From Candidatus Babelota bacterium (GTDB taxonomy: Bacteria > Babelota > Babeliae > Babelales > UASB340): 56,723 bases of DNA. The notes beneath the pieces are model-generated. The model searched no databases, was not told where the DNA came from, and saw only the letters and a program-made list of their open reading frames with translations. Location of the stretch: positions 1-56,723 of the forward strand of contig JBHPBZ010000002.1 in assembly GCA_042576165.1 (NCBI GenBank), in the 5' to 3' direction. The translations under genes were made by a program, and so were the position numbers. Below, in pieces: positions 7,811 to 16,041 of the stretch (its first letter is position 1; every line of letters begins with the position of its first letter).

Positions 7811-9985
7811 ATGTTTAATATATCATTTTCTAGAAAAAACATAATTACTTGGGGAATTGCTTGTCTCACGTTTATTTTTCTTGTAAAAGGAATAACGTTG
7901 AGTTTATTTGCTGCTGGATTATTATTGTTTTCTTCTTTCTTTTATTTTATTTCCAAAAAGATAAATAACAATGTGGTTTTGATAGGAATAATGGCATCAC
8001 TTTTTTCTTTGATGTCTTGGTTCTTTCACGGGTCCTATCTAACTGTTTGTATTTTGGCATTGTTTATAGCTTTATTGATTAGTTGGAGTGCTGCTCATCT
8101 TTTGATTCAAGATGGGATAGTAGCTCTATGGAGTGTTGTGATTTCTTTAATAGAATGTTCTTTTTCACCTCCAAATCTATATATCTACATAACTTTGGGT
8201 TGGTTTATAGGAGTAGCTTTATTATTTTTTTTAAAATATGAAAAATTGAAAACAAATACAAGATATTTTTATGAATATATTAATAATTCAATCAGTTGGC
8301 TTGATTTGCTAACCATGTTTATTCTTTTGTGTTCGATGCTTTTGTTACTTATTTCAAAAGGGGGTTGTTTTTGGGCTCTTGATTCCCATCATCCTTTTTA
8401 TGAATTATCTATTGGGCAATCGTTCAAAAATGCCTTATTTCATGTACCCGATTTATCCTATAGTGGGAAGTTTTTAAGATTCCATTTTTTGAGTACTCAA
8501 TTGCCTTTTTACTTTAGTCACATGTTTAATATTTCTCTTTTACATTCTCTGTATATAGTAGTGATGATTTTTTTAGTCTTTTTAAGTTTTTTATTAATAT
8601 TATCTTTTTTCCATTACCACCAAAAACTTAAGGCTCCCTTGTTGTTTGTTTTTTTTATGCCAAGTTTTCTTTTTTTATTTGAGTGTCCTTATAAATCTAC
8701 CGTGCGTGCACCAGTGTCATATCTTTTAGCCTTTATATTTATTATATGCGCGTTGCATTTTTTAATTTGTAAAAAACATTGGTTGCTATTCATTTGTTCT
8801 TGTTTTCTTCTTTTAATAAAAGCAAGTTATTTTATGGCTTTATGTGGGGGTATTTTTATTTTTTTGATACGTCAAAGATATTCTTTTATGGTGGTTTTTA
8901 AAAAAATGCTACCATATGTTTTATTTTTTTTTATGGCAAACTTTTTGTTTTTATCAGGAGCCCATAATCATAATTTGTGGGTATTAATGCCCTCTTTTAT
9001 GTTTCATTATACAAAAGGGGCATATTTTTTTTGTAGGGCAGAAGCTTTTTTGGGAATATTGATTTTTTCTTATGCTTTTTACCAATTAAGAAAATCTGAA
9101 AATATTAATATTCACGCATTAGCCTCCATTATTCTTTCAGGGTTAATTGGGTGGTTCTTGATTATTGAACTGACAGAGGGAAATAGCTATCAATTTATTA
9201 GAGCTATATATTTTCCATTAACACTATTTGCGTGGTTTATAATAAATAAACCTTTTCGAAAAACCTTATTTATTTGTATGTCAATATTGAGCTTTTATTT
9301 TTGTTCATATTTTTTATTTCAATCTTGTTCTTTGATAGGCAATCTTATAAACAGTAAAAATTCTTCTATTACTCAGTCATTTATTAAAACTTATTCATGG
9401 CTTGGAAACAATATTACCAAGGATAGTGTTGTTTTGTTTGGATTACATTATAACTATGACTCAGATCCAAGAATAACTAAACGGTCGGCTATAAGTGGCA
9501 GACAAATGTATTGTGAAGGTTTTACAGTTAAAGGTATTTTAATGGAGAGTGATTATGTATTAAGAAAAGCTAATACTGCAAGGTTTTATAAAGAGTTTGT
9601 AAATCTTAGCGCTTTATCTAAAGAAAAGTTTAATTCTTTCGAGAAGAATGCATGTGGGAATAAACCAGGAATTCCTCTTTCTCAATCACCAGCATTTTCA
9701 GTGCGGTTATTGCATTATTTAAGCTTAGGCAAAGAGTGGCATACTATTAATAGAAAAAAACAGATAGGTTTTGAGCTTAAATCACACTTGACCAAAACCT
9801 TTTCAGAAGATGATGCAAATAAATTCCTTGTTCAAGCGAAAATAACACATATTATATTGGAGGACGGCGATACTCCATCAGATTTTTTAAGAAAAATAGG
9901 TAGAGAGATTTATAATTTAGAGGGTTTTTCTGTTTTTGAAGTTAAGCATAAAGTAGATGAAGAATGGATTAAAAACGAGTGTTAG
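7811..9985 (+). CDS. large polytopic membrane protein with C-terminal soluble domain (possible GT-C-like glycosyl/polymer transferase)
   Basis: 724 aa. The first ~520 aa are hydrophobic, Phe/Leu-rich segments consistent with more than 10 TM helices. The last ~200 aa are hydrophilic. It is the last gene of the co-directional glycan cluster. The function is inferred from context only. Confidence 0.4.
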   Translation: MFNISFSRKNIITWGIACLTFIFLVKGITLSLFAAGLLLFSSFFYFISKKINNNVVLIGIMASLFSLMSWFFHGSYLTVCILALFIALLISWSAAHLLIQDGIVALWSVVISLIECSFSPPNLYIYITLGWFIGVALLFFLKYEKLKTNTRYFYEYINNSISWLDLLTMFILLCSMLLLLISKGGCFWALDSHHPFYELSIGQSFKNALFHVPDLSYSGKFLRFHFLSTQLPFYFSHMFNISLLHSLYIVVMIFLVFLSFLLILSFFHYHQKLKAPLLFVFFMPSFLFLFECPYKSTVRAPVSYLLAFIFIICALHFLICKKHWLLFICSCFLLLIKASYFMALCGGIFIFLIRQRYSFMVVFKKMLPYVLFFFMANFLFLSGAHNHNLWVLMPSFMFHYTKGAYFFCRAEAFLGILIFSYAFYQLRKSENINIHALASIILSGLIGWFLIIELTEGNSYQFIRAIYFPLTLFAWFIINKPFRKTLFICMSILSFYFCSYFLFQSCSLIGNLINSKNSSITQSFIKTYSWLGNNITKDSVVLFGLHYNYDSDPRITKRSAISGRQMYCEGFTVKGILMESDYVLRKANTARFYKEFVNLSALSKEKFNSFEKNACGNKPGIPLSQSPAFSVRLLHYLSLGKEWHTINRKKQIGFELKSHLTKTFSEDDANKFLVQAKITHIILEDGDTPSDFLRKIGREIYNLEGFSVFEVKHKVDEEWIKNEC

Positions 9986-10080
9986 ATCAAGCTAAAATTT
10001 TTAGAACATTTGATAAAAACAAATCCTGCTAGAGATAGAATATTTCAAAAAAGATCAATATTTGTTATCGAAATAATATA

Positions 10081-10243
10081 GCCCTACTTTGCTTTCTACT
10101 TTGTTAAAGCTCCGTAGAGAGAAACATGACGGCCCTTAGTTGACGCGTTTCGCAACAAAGATATCGTGTTCGATTTCAGCTTGCAGCATTCTCAACTTAT
10201 TCAGACTACTTTGCTAATTCGTACGACACAGCATTACGCATAA
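10081..10243 (+). repeat. decayed coding repeat, copy 1 (TGA-RPLVDAFRNKDIVFDFSLQH... tail)
   Basis: Shares GCCCTACTTTGC plus a ~64-nt core (10126..10189) with 13750..13910. TGA replaces the conserved TGG codon. Confidence 0.7.
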
Positions 10244-10266
10244 TAGGTGCTCGCATAAAGCAGCTC

Positions 10267-10683
10267 ATGTATCAAGGTACGATTGATCGCCACTTAGCCC
10301 TTGAAATGCTGTCGCTATATGATCCAGAATACAGACAATATTTGAAGCTGAGTAAGTTGAAAGATGAAACTGTTGGCGAAACTAAATTTATGGCGATAAT
10401 GATACCTCAATATAGAACCGTACCTTTATCTGAATTCACGAAAACGAGGGCCTGCGGGAAAACAGAAGAAGAGCTCAAAAAAAGATTAGATATTGTACAT
10501 GAACTCATCACGTTTCCCCTAACTGAGGAAGAAATGGATGAGATGAAGCAATTAGCGGCAAAGATTGCTGCTCGTAGAAAATCTGTGCGCACCCCTGGCG
10601 ATTGCTCGCACTCAGAAGAAGAATATCAGGATGCGATAAGAAGTACACGAGGTTCATGTGATATAAAACAGGTACAAATGTAA
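10267..10683 (+). CDS. hypothetical protein in a locally GC-enriched segment
   Basis: 138-aa ORF with no motif I recognise. The first 60-nt row of the ORF counts 27 G+C, clearly above the surrounding AT-rich DNA. Confidence 0.5.
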   Translation: MYQGTIDRHLALEMLSLYDPEYRQYLKLSKLKDETVGETKFMAIMIPQYRTVPLSEFTKTRACGKTEEELKKRLDIVHELITFPLTEEEMDEMKQLAAKIAARRKSVRTPGDCSHSEEEYQDAIRSTRGSCDIKQVQM

Positions 10684-10807
10684 GAGGAGTATGACTATGA
10701 AAAAATTCTATGTACCGACAACTAAAGAAATAATCACGGAGCTCAGTTGCTTAAAAAAAGTTAAAACGAAATGAAGCGAAATGAAACGAAAATTAAAGCG
10801 AAGTCGT

Positions 10808-10824
10808 GACAGGCTACGCCTGTC
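10808..10824. other. GC-rich hairpin GACAGGC-TAC-GCCTGTC between convergent genes
   Basis: Perfect 7-bp stem with a 3-nt loop read directly from the sequence. No U-run follows, so terminator function is uncertain. Confidence 0.3.
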
Positions 10825-10862
10825 CACTTGGCGGTCGGCTTGCCTCTAAGCGTCAAAATGAG

Positions 10863-11681
10863 CTAAATCATACCAGAATTCTTAAAAAATTCAGTACACA
10901 GACCTTTTGCAAATGGACAAAAAATATGCTTATAATCGATAAAAAAGTTTTTTATTTTAGGTACATTCCAAGGTGTTTTAAATTCATCGGCATGATTCAT
11001 AACAATTAAAGTAAAATTCTTGTCCTTAAAGCTGTTATTAAGGGCTTCAAGCAATTCCAAAGACTGTGCTTTTGTTATGTCAGTGGAACGTATAAAATAA
11101 ATTTCCCCCTTAAATGCTGAAAGGTTCCTGAATCGTTCAACCCTTCGCATTAGCTTTGAATAAGTTTCATCATATTGGCTTTTTACCAACTCGCCAAAGC
11201 TGTTAAAATTATAAAATTGCTTCATGGTATCAAATTTAAAATTTTCAATTCGTTGGAACGGAAAATCATGAACAATTCTTATATCATACAAACAATCATG
11301 GACGCGAGTATCTCGATCTGCTATTAAGTTTTCAAGGGATAAAAAATCTTTAAAATCATTGTTAATGCATCTGATCAACCCTTCAATGTGTGACTCACAC
11401 CAATCAAAAGGAAATGCTGTATGTCTTATTTGTTCGTTGCTGAGTTGGCCAGCAACTATGCAATTATATCCAAGGCTTACAGCTATTTTCTCCTGATCCA
11501 TCCAGTTGGTCTCAATAAGAACATGCTCTGATGGGTGCCTGTTTTGTAGATCGACCATCTCATTAATGAGATGGATATCGTTATTGATTTCACAAGGTAA
11601 AAGATCATGTGTCGCAAATAAAAATATTGCATAAAACAATACGCCTGTATATTTACGTTGCCTTATTAAAAAATCTTTCAC
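10863..11681 (-). CDS. DUF1796-like putative papain-like cysteine peptidase (signal/anchor at N-terminus)
   Basis: IAVSLGYNCIVAGQLSNEQIRHTAFPFDWCES resembles the sLG.nC....l...g.r..a.PFDW opening I recall for PF08795. The N-terminus is hydrophobic (GVLFYAIFLFA). Confidence 0.45.
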   Translation of the reverse strand: MKDFLIRQRKYTGVLFYAIFLFATHDLLPCEINNDIHLINEMVDLQNRHPSEHVLIETNWMDQEKIAVSLGYNCIVAGQLSNEQIRHTAFPFDWCESHIEGLIRCINNDFKDFLSLENLIADRDTRVHDCLYDIRIVHDFPFQRIENFKFDTMKQFYNFNSFGELVKSQYDETYSKLMRRVERFRNLSAFKGEIYFIRSTDITKAQSLELLEALNNSFKDKNFTLIVMNHADEFKTPWNVPKIKNFFIDYKHIFCPFAKGLCTEFFKNSGMI

Positions 11682-11992
11682 TCCCTATCCTTCCATGTTA
11701 AAAAATATTGCCTTCCTGATTATGCAGAAAATAACATATCAACCTGTATGAAAAGCTATTCAGGGTGATCAATGTTTGGTATAATTTCCCAAGATCTACA
11801 CCAATGCTCCTAAACCGACAAAATACTCTGGATATTGTATGTAAATCATAGAATTATCCTTTCAGATAATGATTTAATGTTAGATAAAAACTTATAGTAG
11901 ATTAATATTTTATTCCATAGGGATGCCAGAAAAAAATAAATTTATGGCAGTTTTGATGTTTCTGCCTTTTTACTTTTCAATTAAGGAAACAA

Positions 11993-12784
11993 ATGATTAT
12001 TTACAAACAAATATCAACACCTTTAATGTTTTTTTCATTCTTGAATATGAGATTATTTACAAAGTTCTTTTTATGGATTTTGCTTTTGTTCAAGCTTGTT
12101 TCAGCAGGACAAATTGCAGCAAGCGTAACAGGATATCCAAAATCAACAAACAAGTATGTTAACGATTTTGCAGAAGTCATAGATAAAGTAGATGCTCAAA
12201 GAATAAAAAAACAGTTGAAACACGTTGAAAAACAAACAGGAATAGAGATCACTGTTGTTTCCATCAAATCTATTAATGATTATCAACGTACTGAAATAAA
12301 TTTTGAAAAATTTGCAACTGCATTATTTAATACGTGGGGAATAGGAAAAAAGAAAGAGAACAATGGAGTCCTTTTCTTGATCGCCATTAAAGATCGAATG
12401 GTTCGTATCGAACTTGGCACTGGATATTCAAGTATTTATGATAAGAAAATGAAAAGTGTTATTGAAAATGATATCATTCCTTACTTTAAAATGAATCAAT
12501 ATAGTAGAGGTATCTATGAAGGAACACATGGCATTATTACATGTGTGATAAAAGAAGTCTCGTGGCTTGAGTTTTATAAGTGGCATATCCTCATATTCTT
12601 ACTTATCATTCTTCTTAGTCTTGCAACCGTTTCTTGTTTTCGATCAGGCAAAAAAGGTTGGGGGTGGGCATTATTTGCATTAATTGGCCTTCTTTTTATT
12701 TTTCTATGGAAAATACGTGGTAGATCGTCAGATAATTTTGGAGGAGGCTCGTCATCTGGTGGTGGAGCAAGCGGTAAATGGTAA
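11993..12784 (+). CDS. TPM-domain (TLP18.3/Psb32/MOLO-1 type) protein with C-terminal TM segments and Gly/Ser tail
   Basis: YVNDFAEVIDKVDAQRIKKQLKHVEKQTGIEITVVSIKSI is typical of TPM_phosphatase domains. Two TM helices follow, then GGGSSSGGGASGKW. The true start may be the ATG at 12047 (MRLFTKFFLWILLLF signal peptide). Confidence 0.8.
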   Translation: MIIYKQISTPLMFFSFLNMRLFTKFFLWILLLFKLVSAGQIAASVTGYPKSTNKYVNDFAEVIDKVDAQRIKKQLKHVEKQTGIEITVVSIKSINDYQRTEINFEKFATALFNTWGIGKKKENNGVLFLIAIKDRMVRIELGTGYSSIYDKKMKSVIENDIIPYFKMNQYSRGIYEGTHGIITCVIKEVSWLEFYKWHILIFLLIILLSLATVSCFRSGKKGWGWALFALIGLLFIFLWKIRGRSSDNFGGGSSSGGGASGKW

Positions 12785-12890
12785 ACAGCTTTTTTAACAA
12801 AAAAAATTACTTAATTGATCTAGGATTTTTGGCAATAAAGGCTTCGATCGCTAATGGTAAATCATCTTCTATTGCTTTTAAATCTATAAA

Positions 12891-13577
12891 CTAGTTAATA
12901 GTTTTTTCCCCTTGCTGTTGTATTTTATAATTTGGAAAAAAATCTTTTAAGTATAGTGAGCAGATTAAATCAACTAATCGTTCTTTTTCCCAATGTTCAA
13001 GATTATATTGTTTTACAATATCTTCTTCTATTCCAATATGAACAATTTCATGTGCGATGATTGTTGCAATAGACCTTTTCATATTGTTTTTATGAATAAT
13101 TATTTTTCCTATATTTTTTTCTGGATAATAACTACCACCTGGTCCATATAATGTTAACAAAACTTCATATTTTGGTTTGAGCTGAAAACCCCAGTTTTTT
13201 TCCAAAAGAACAAGTTTTTCTAAAATTTCGTTTATAAATGTTTTAGTTTGAGAAATTTTTTTCAAACTTTCATCAAATACTGATACATCATAAATTTTAT
13301 TATAAAAAATTTGTTTTAGATGTTCTTTTTCTTTTTCATTTACTACTTTGTTTTCATGATAAGCTTGAGCAAAATCTTTGTGTTTCGGAAACCCTATATT
13401 GTAACCATTTTCTTTAAACCATAATGATATTGATAGGCACTCCATAACATATGAAAAAGCCTCTTCTTTTGTTTGTGGACGATAAATAATTTCCGGTATT
13501 TTTTCAGAAAATAAATTTGAAAAATTAAGCAAAAAAAGAAGTGAAACAAGTATTTTAACATGTGTCTTATTGATCAT
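12891..13577 (-). CDS. secreted HExxH zinc-metallopeptidase-like protein
   Basis: Signal peptide (VKILVSLLFLLNFSNLFS) and IIAHEIVHIGIEED (HExxH followed by an acidic residue). No finer family assignment is possible by eye. Confidence 0.5.
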   Translation of the reverse strand: MINKTHVKILVSLLFLLNFSNLFSEKIPEIIYRPQTKEEAFSYVMECLSISLWFKENGYNIGFPKHKDFAQAYHENKVVNEKEKEHLKQIFYNKIYDVSVFDESLKKISQTKTFINEILEKLVLLEKNWGFQLKPKYEVLLTLYGPGGSYYPEKNIGKIIIHKNNMKRSIATIIAHEIVHIGIEEDIVKQYNLEHWEKERLVDLICSLYLKDFFPNYKIQQQGEKTIN

Positions 13578-13717
13578 TTATATTCCTTTTCTTTGGTCGA
13601 TGTATACTTAGAACCACCTTCATTATGTTGCAATATTCGTTCTTTGAGATTTGTTATATAATCAACATAAGTTTGATTTGGTTTTTTAAGAGATTTAAGT
13701 AGATATATATAATGCAT
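13574..13717 (-). pseudogene. truncated GIY-YIG nuclease-domain gene (YhbQ/UPF0213-like N-terminal half)
   Basis: MHYIYLLKSLKKPNQTYVDYITNLKERILQHNEGGSKYTSTKE matches the GIY...YIG...R...HN part of the domain but stops after ~47 codons. The stop overlaps the next start (ATGA). Confidence 0.6.
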
Positions 13718-13749
13718 AAAAATTAGATTAATTTGTAAAAATAAGAAAA

Positions 13750-13910
13750 GCCCTACTTTGCACAAATTTACTATCAATTGCTAACTTCATTTAAAAAGAT
13801 GGCGGCCCCTCGTTGACGGGTTTCGCAACAAAGATGATATGTTTGATTTTAGTTTGCAACATATACAAACCATTTTTACATGCTTTAATATTCAATCACA
13901 ATTTGCCTAA
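13750..13910 (+). repeat. decayed coding repeat, copy 2 (WRPLVDGFRNKDDMFDFSLQH... tail)
   Basis: See copy 1. The 20-codon core differs from copy 1 at 8 codons, 5 of them synonymous in the + frame. Confidence 0.7.
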
Positions 13911-13975
13911 AAAAAAAGAACCATAGTATATTTAGACCTTAAATTTTTTCCGAGAAACAAAAGGAAAATTATACT

Positions 13976-14350
13976 ATGGCATCATCTATAAATAAGCTTA
14001 AAACAATCAATGATAAAGTTCAAGAAACAAATTCTGGAAAGCTTTTATTTCTTTCTGGTTTTGATTTTGTAGAGGAATGTCTCTCAAATTCTTCTTTGAA
14101 GCCTATTCATCATTCCATTATGATTGAAGCAGATGATGATAAGAATAACTTTGTTGAGTTAGAAAGAGATGTTCTTGAAGAATTGGATTCTATTCATAAT
14201 GAGATCAAAAGTTATTCTAAAGAAAATGGAATAAAAATGAAATCTGATTTTGAGTCTTATGGAAATGAAGATCCTTGCAAATGTATTTATTCATCGTGGG
14301 ATGTTGCTAAAAATAAATATTTTTCGCTTAAAATACGAAGATCAATCTGA
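13976..14350 (+). CDS. hypothetical acidic protein
   Basis: 124-aa ORF preceded by AAAGGAAAA. A strong terminator lies downstream. No recognisable motif. Confidence 0.5.
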   Translation: MASSINKLKTINDKVQETNSGKLLFLSGFDFVEECLSNSSLKPIHHSIMIEADDDKNNFVELERDVLEELDSIHNEIKSYSKENGIKMKSDFESYGNEDPCKCIYSSWDVAKNKYFSLKIRRSI

Positions 14351-14473
14351 CGCGATTTTCTCCATGCATAAGAACTACCCAAACTTAATACTATTAAGAA
14401 TACAAAAATAAAGTTTATTTTTTTCATAAAAAAATCTTTCCTAAAAATAAAATTTCAAAATGTACCAAGAGCT

Positions 14474-14511
14474 AAAAAATAGCCTAACTTTTAACATTAG
14501 GCTATTTTTTT
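14474..14511. terminator. bidirectional rho-independent terminator
   Basis: AAAAAATAGCCTAA / 9-nt loop / TTAGGCTATTTTTT: a perfect 14-bp stem with A-run and T-run flanks, between convergent genes. Confidence 0.75.
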
Positions 14512-14584
14512 AAATTTTTTTTTAAAAAAATTTATGAAACTAGATCAAGTAATTAGAGATGTTTTTTACAAATTTAAAATTAAT

Positions 14585-15181
14585 TTATAATTCAACTAAT
14601 TTTCCAAAATCATAATTTGGATTCCAAAGCATACTTACATAACCTCGAGTTTGTAATTTAAACTTTGTAATACCCATTGATTTTAAAAAATCATAAATAA
14701 GCTTTATACCAACATTGGCATCTTGCACTTCTTTTTTTAACTCAACTTCAATAAAGGTTCCACAATTTTTTACTTGGTCAATAACAATCTCAAAACAATC
14801 ATGCATGTAAATATTTCTGTTTTTTTCAACAAGAGTTTGTTCTGAATAACCTAAAGATCTAAACAATTCTAGAGTTACCTTACCATCCGAAACTTTTACT
14901 TCGTATTCATCACAATACAAAGGTCTTTTTTCAACAGGATCTTCATGAAACCTTTTAAAGCAAAGAGTATCTCCATTTTTATTAAAACGCACTCTTAGGT
15001 AATCTATGGCATCCTTATAGCCTTCGGGAGCTGTAAATAAAAAACTAGTTGCCGGCTTATTTAAGTAATACTCAGTATGCTTTTCTTCTCTTATATGTTT
15101 TGCATTTTGATTTAACCATGACTTTACAAAATCAAAAATATTATCATCAATCTGCAATTTTACTTCTATTTCTTTGTTCAT
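14585..15181 (-). CDS. CYTH-domain protein (CyaB-type class IV adenylyl cyclase / triphosphate tunnel metalloenzyme family)
   Basis: The N-terminal EIEVKL is the ExExK signature. Later come YLRVR and FIEVELK. The ~200-aa size is typical. Confidence 0.75.
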   Translation of the reverse strand: MNKEIEVKLQIDDNIFDFVKSWLNQNAKHIREEKHTEYYLNKPATSFLFTAPEGYKDAIDYLRVRFNKNGDTLCFKRFHEDPVEKRPLYCDEYEVKVSDGKVTLELFRSLGYSEQTLVEKNRNIYMHDCFEIVIDQVKNCGTFIEVELKKEVQDANVGIKLIYDFLKSMGITKFKLQTRGYVSMLWNPNYDFGKLVEL

Positions 15182-15305
15182 AAAAACCCCTTGTTATTAA
15201 AATATTTTTTGAAAATTTTAATTTTTTAATAATGACATGTTCAGATAAAAAAGATAAAATTGCAAATTAAAAAGCTTTATAAAAAAATCAAGTAGAAGAA
15301 AAATC

Positions 15306-16040
15306 TTGAACAACAAAAAAAATTTAACTCACGTTTTTATAGATAGCTTGATGACAATTTTTAAAAATCCAATTTATTTATTAATCATATTTATTTTGAC
15401 TTTAGAATATTATGCGCTTATACATTTTTATGTTTCTTCTAATTATACAGCTATAAATTCACCAGCCAATTCTCTAATCAGTCTAATCTTCGACCTTTTT
15501 CAAGGTACTTTGTTGTTAATCATTAGCACAGCGATATATCAAAAAGAATTAGGGCTAAATGTAAAAAATAATTTAAAATTTGGAATTTCCGCACAAATAA
15601 AATATGCAGTATTAAGTCTTTTTCTTTTTTTCATATTTTTATTGCTTCCTTTATCCATTATTTTTTCTTTCTTAAGCATAAGAAACTTGACAGTCTTTTG
15701 GTTTAGTGCGATATATGTAGGGTTGTTCTATTTTTTCTATACACAAAACACATGGCTAGTAATACCGATAAAATTAAATGATAAAATTCCATTTCTAGAT
15801 GCTTGTACCAAATCTTATAATTATCTAAAACAACATCAAGGATTTATAATCTTAATACTTCTGTCAAACTTATCTTTCTGGTTTTTTCGTCCATCTCTTA
15901 AAACAATATTCTTAAAACACATTACCCCTTCAATCTTTGGCAACATTAGTCTTGTATTTTTTTTCATGTCCTACAATATTTTTTTTCCAGTTTTTCAAAC
16001 AATAGCCTATCTCTTTATCAAAAATAAATTGGACAACTAA
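15306..16040 (+). CDS. multi-pass membrane protein, unknown function
   Basis: 244-aa ORF with a TTG start (the first ATG is 15 codons in) and about 6 hydrophobic segments. It lies 1 nt from the next gene. Confidence 0.55.
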   Translation: MNNKKNLTHVFIDSLMTIFKNPIYLLIIFILTLEYYALIHFYVSSNYTAINSPANSLISLIFDLFQGTLLLIISTAIYQKELGLNVKNNLKFGISAQIKYAVLSLFLFFIFLLLPLSIIFSFLSIRNLTVFWFSAIYVGLFYFFYTQNTWLVIPIKLNDKIPFLDACTKSYNYLKQHQGFIILILLSNLSFWFFRPSLKTIFLKHITPSIFGNISLVFFFMSYNIFFPVFQTIAYLFIKNKLDN

Positions 16041-16041
16041 T

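Noticed and set aside
10741-10800. Short CGAAATGAA-like iterations (ACGAAATGAAGCGAAATGAAACGAAAATTAAAGCGAAG)
   Set aside because: There are only two to three imperfect units with no defined spacing. That is insufficient to call a tandem repeat or binding array.
10806-11009. 67-aa ORF beginning in the GC-rich hairpin region
   Set aside because: It overlaps the 3' end of the better supported minus-strand gene 10863..11681, has a GTG start with no RBS, and shows no motif.
11923-12162. 79-aa ORF overlapping the start of the TPM-domain gene
   Set aside because: It is in a different frame from the TPM gene, whose domain motifs are clear. It is low-complexity and has no RBS.
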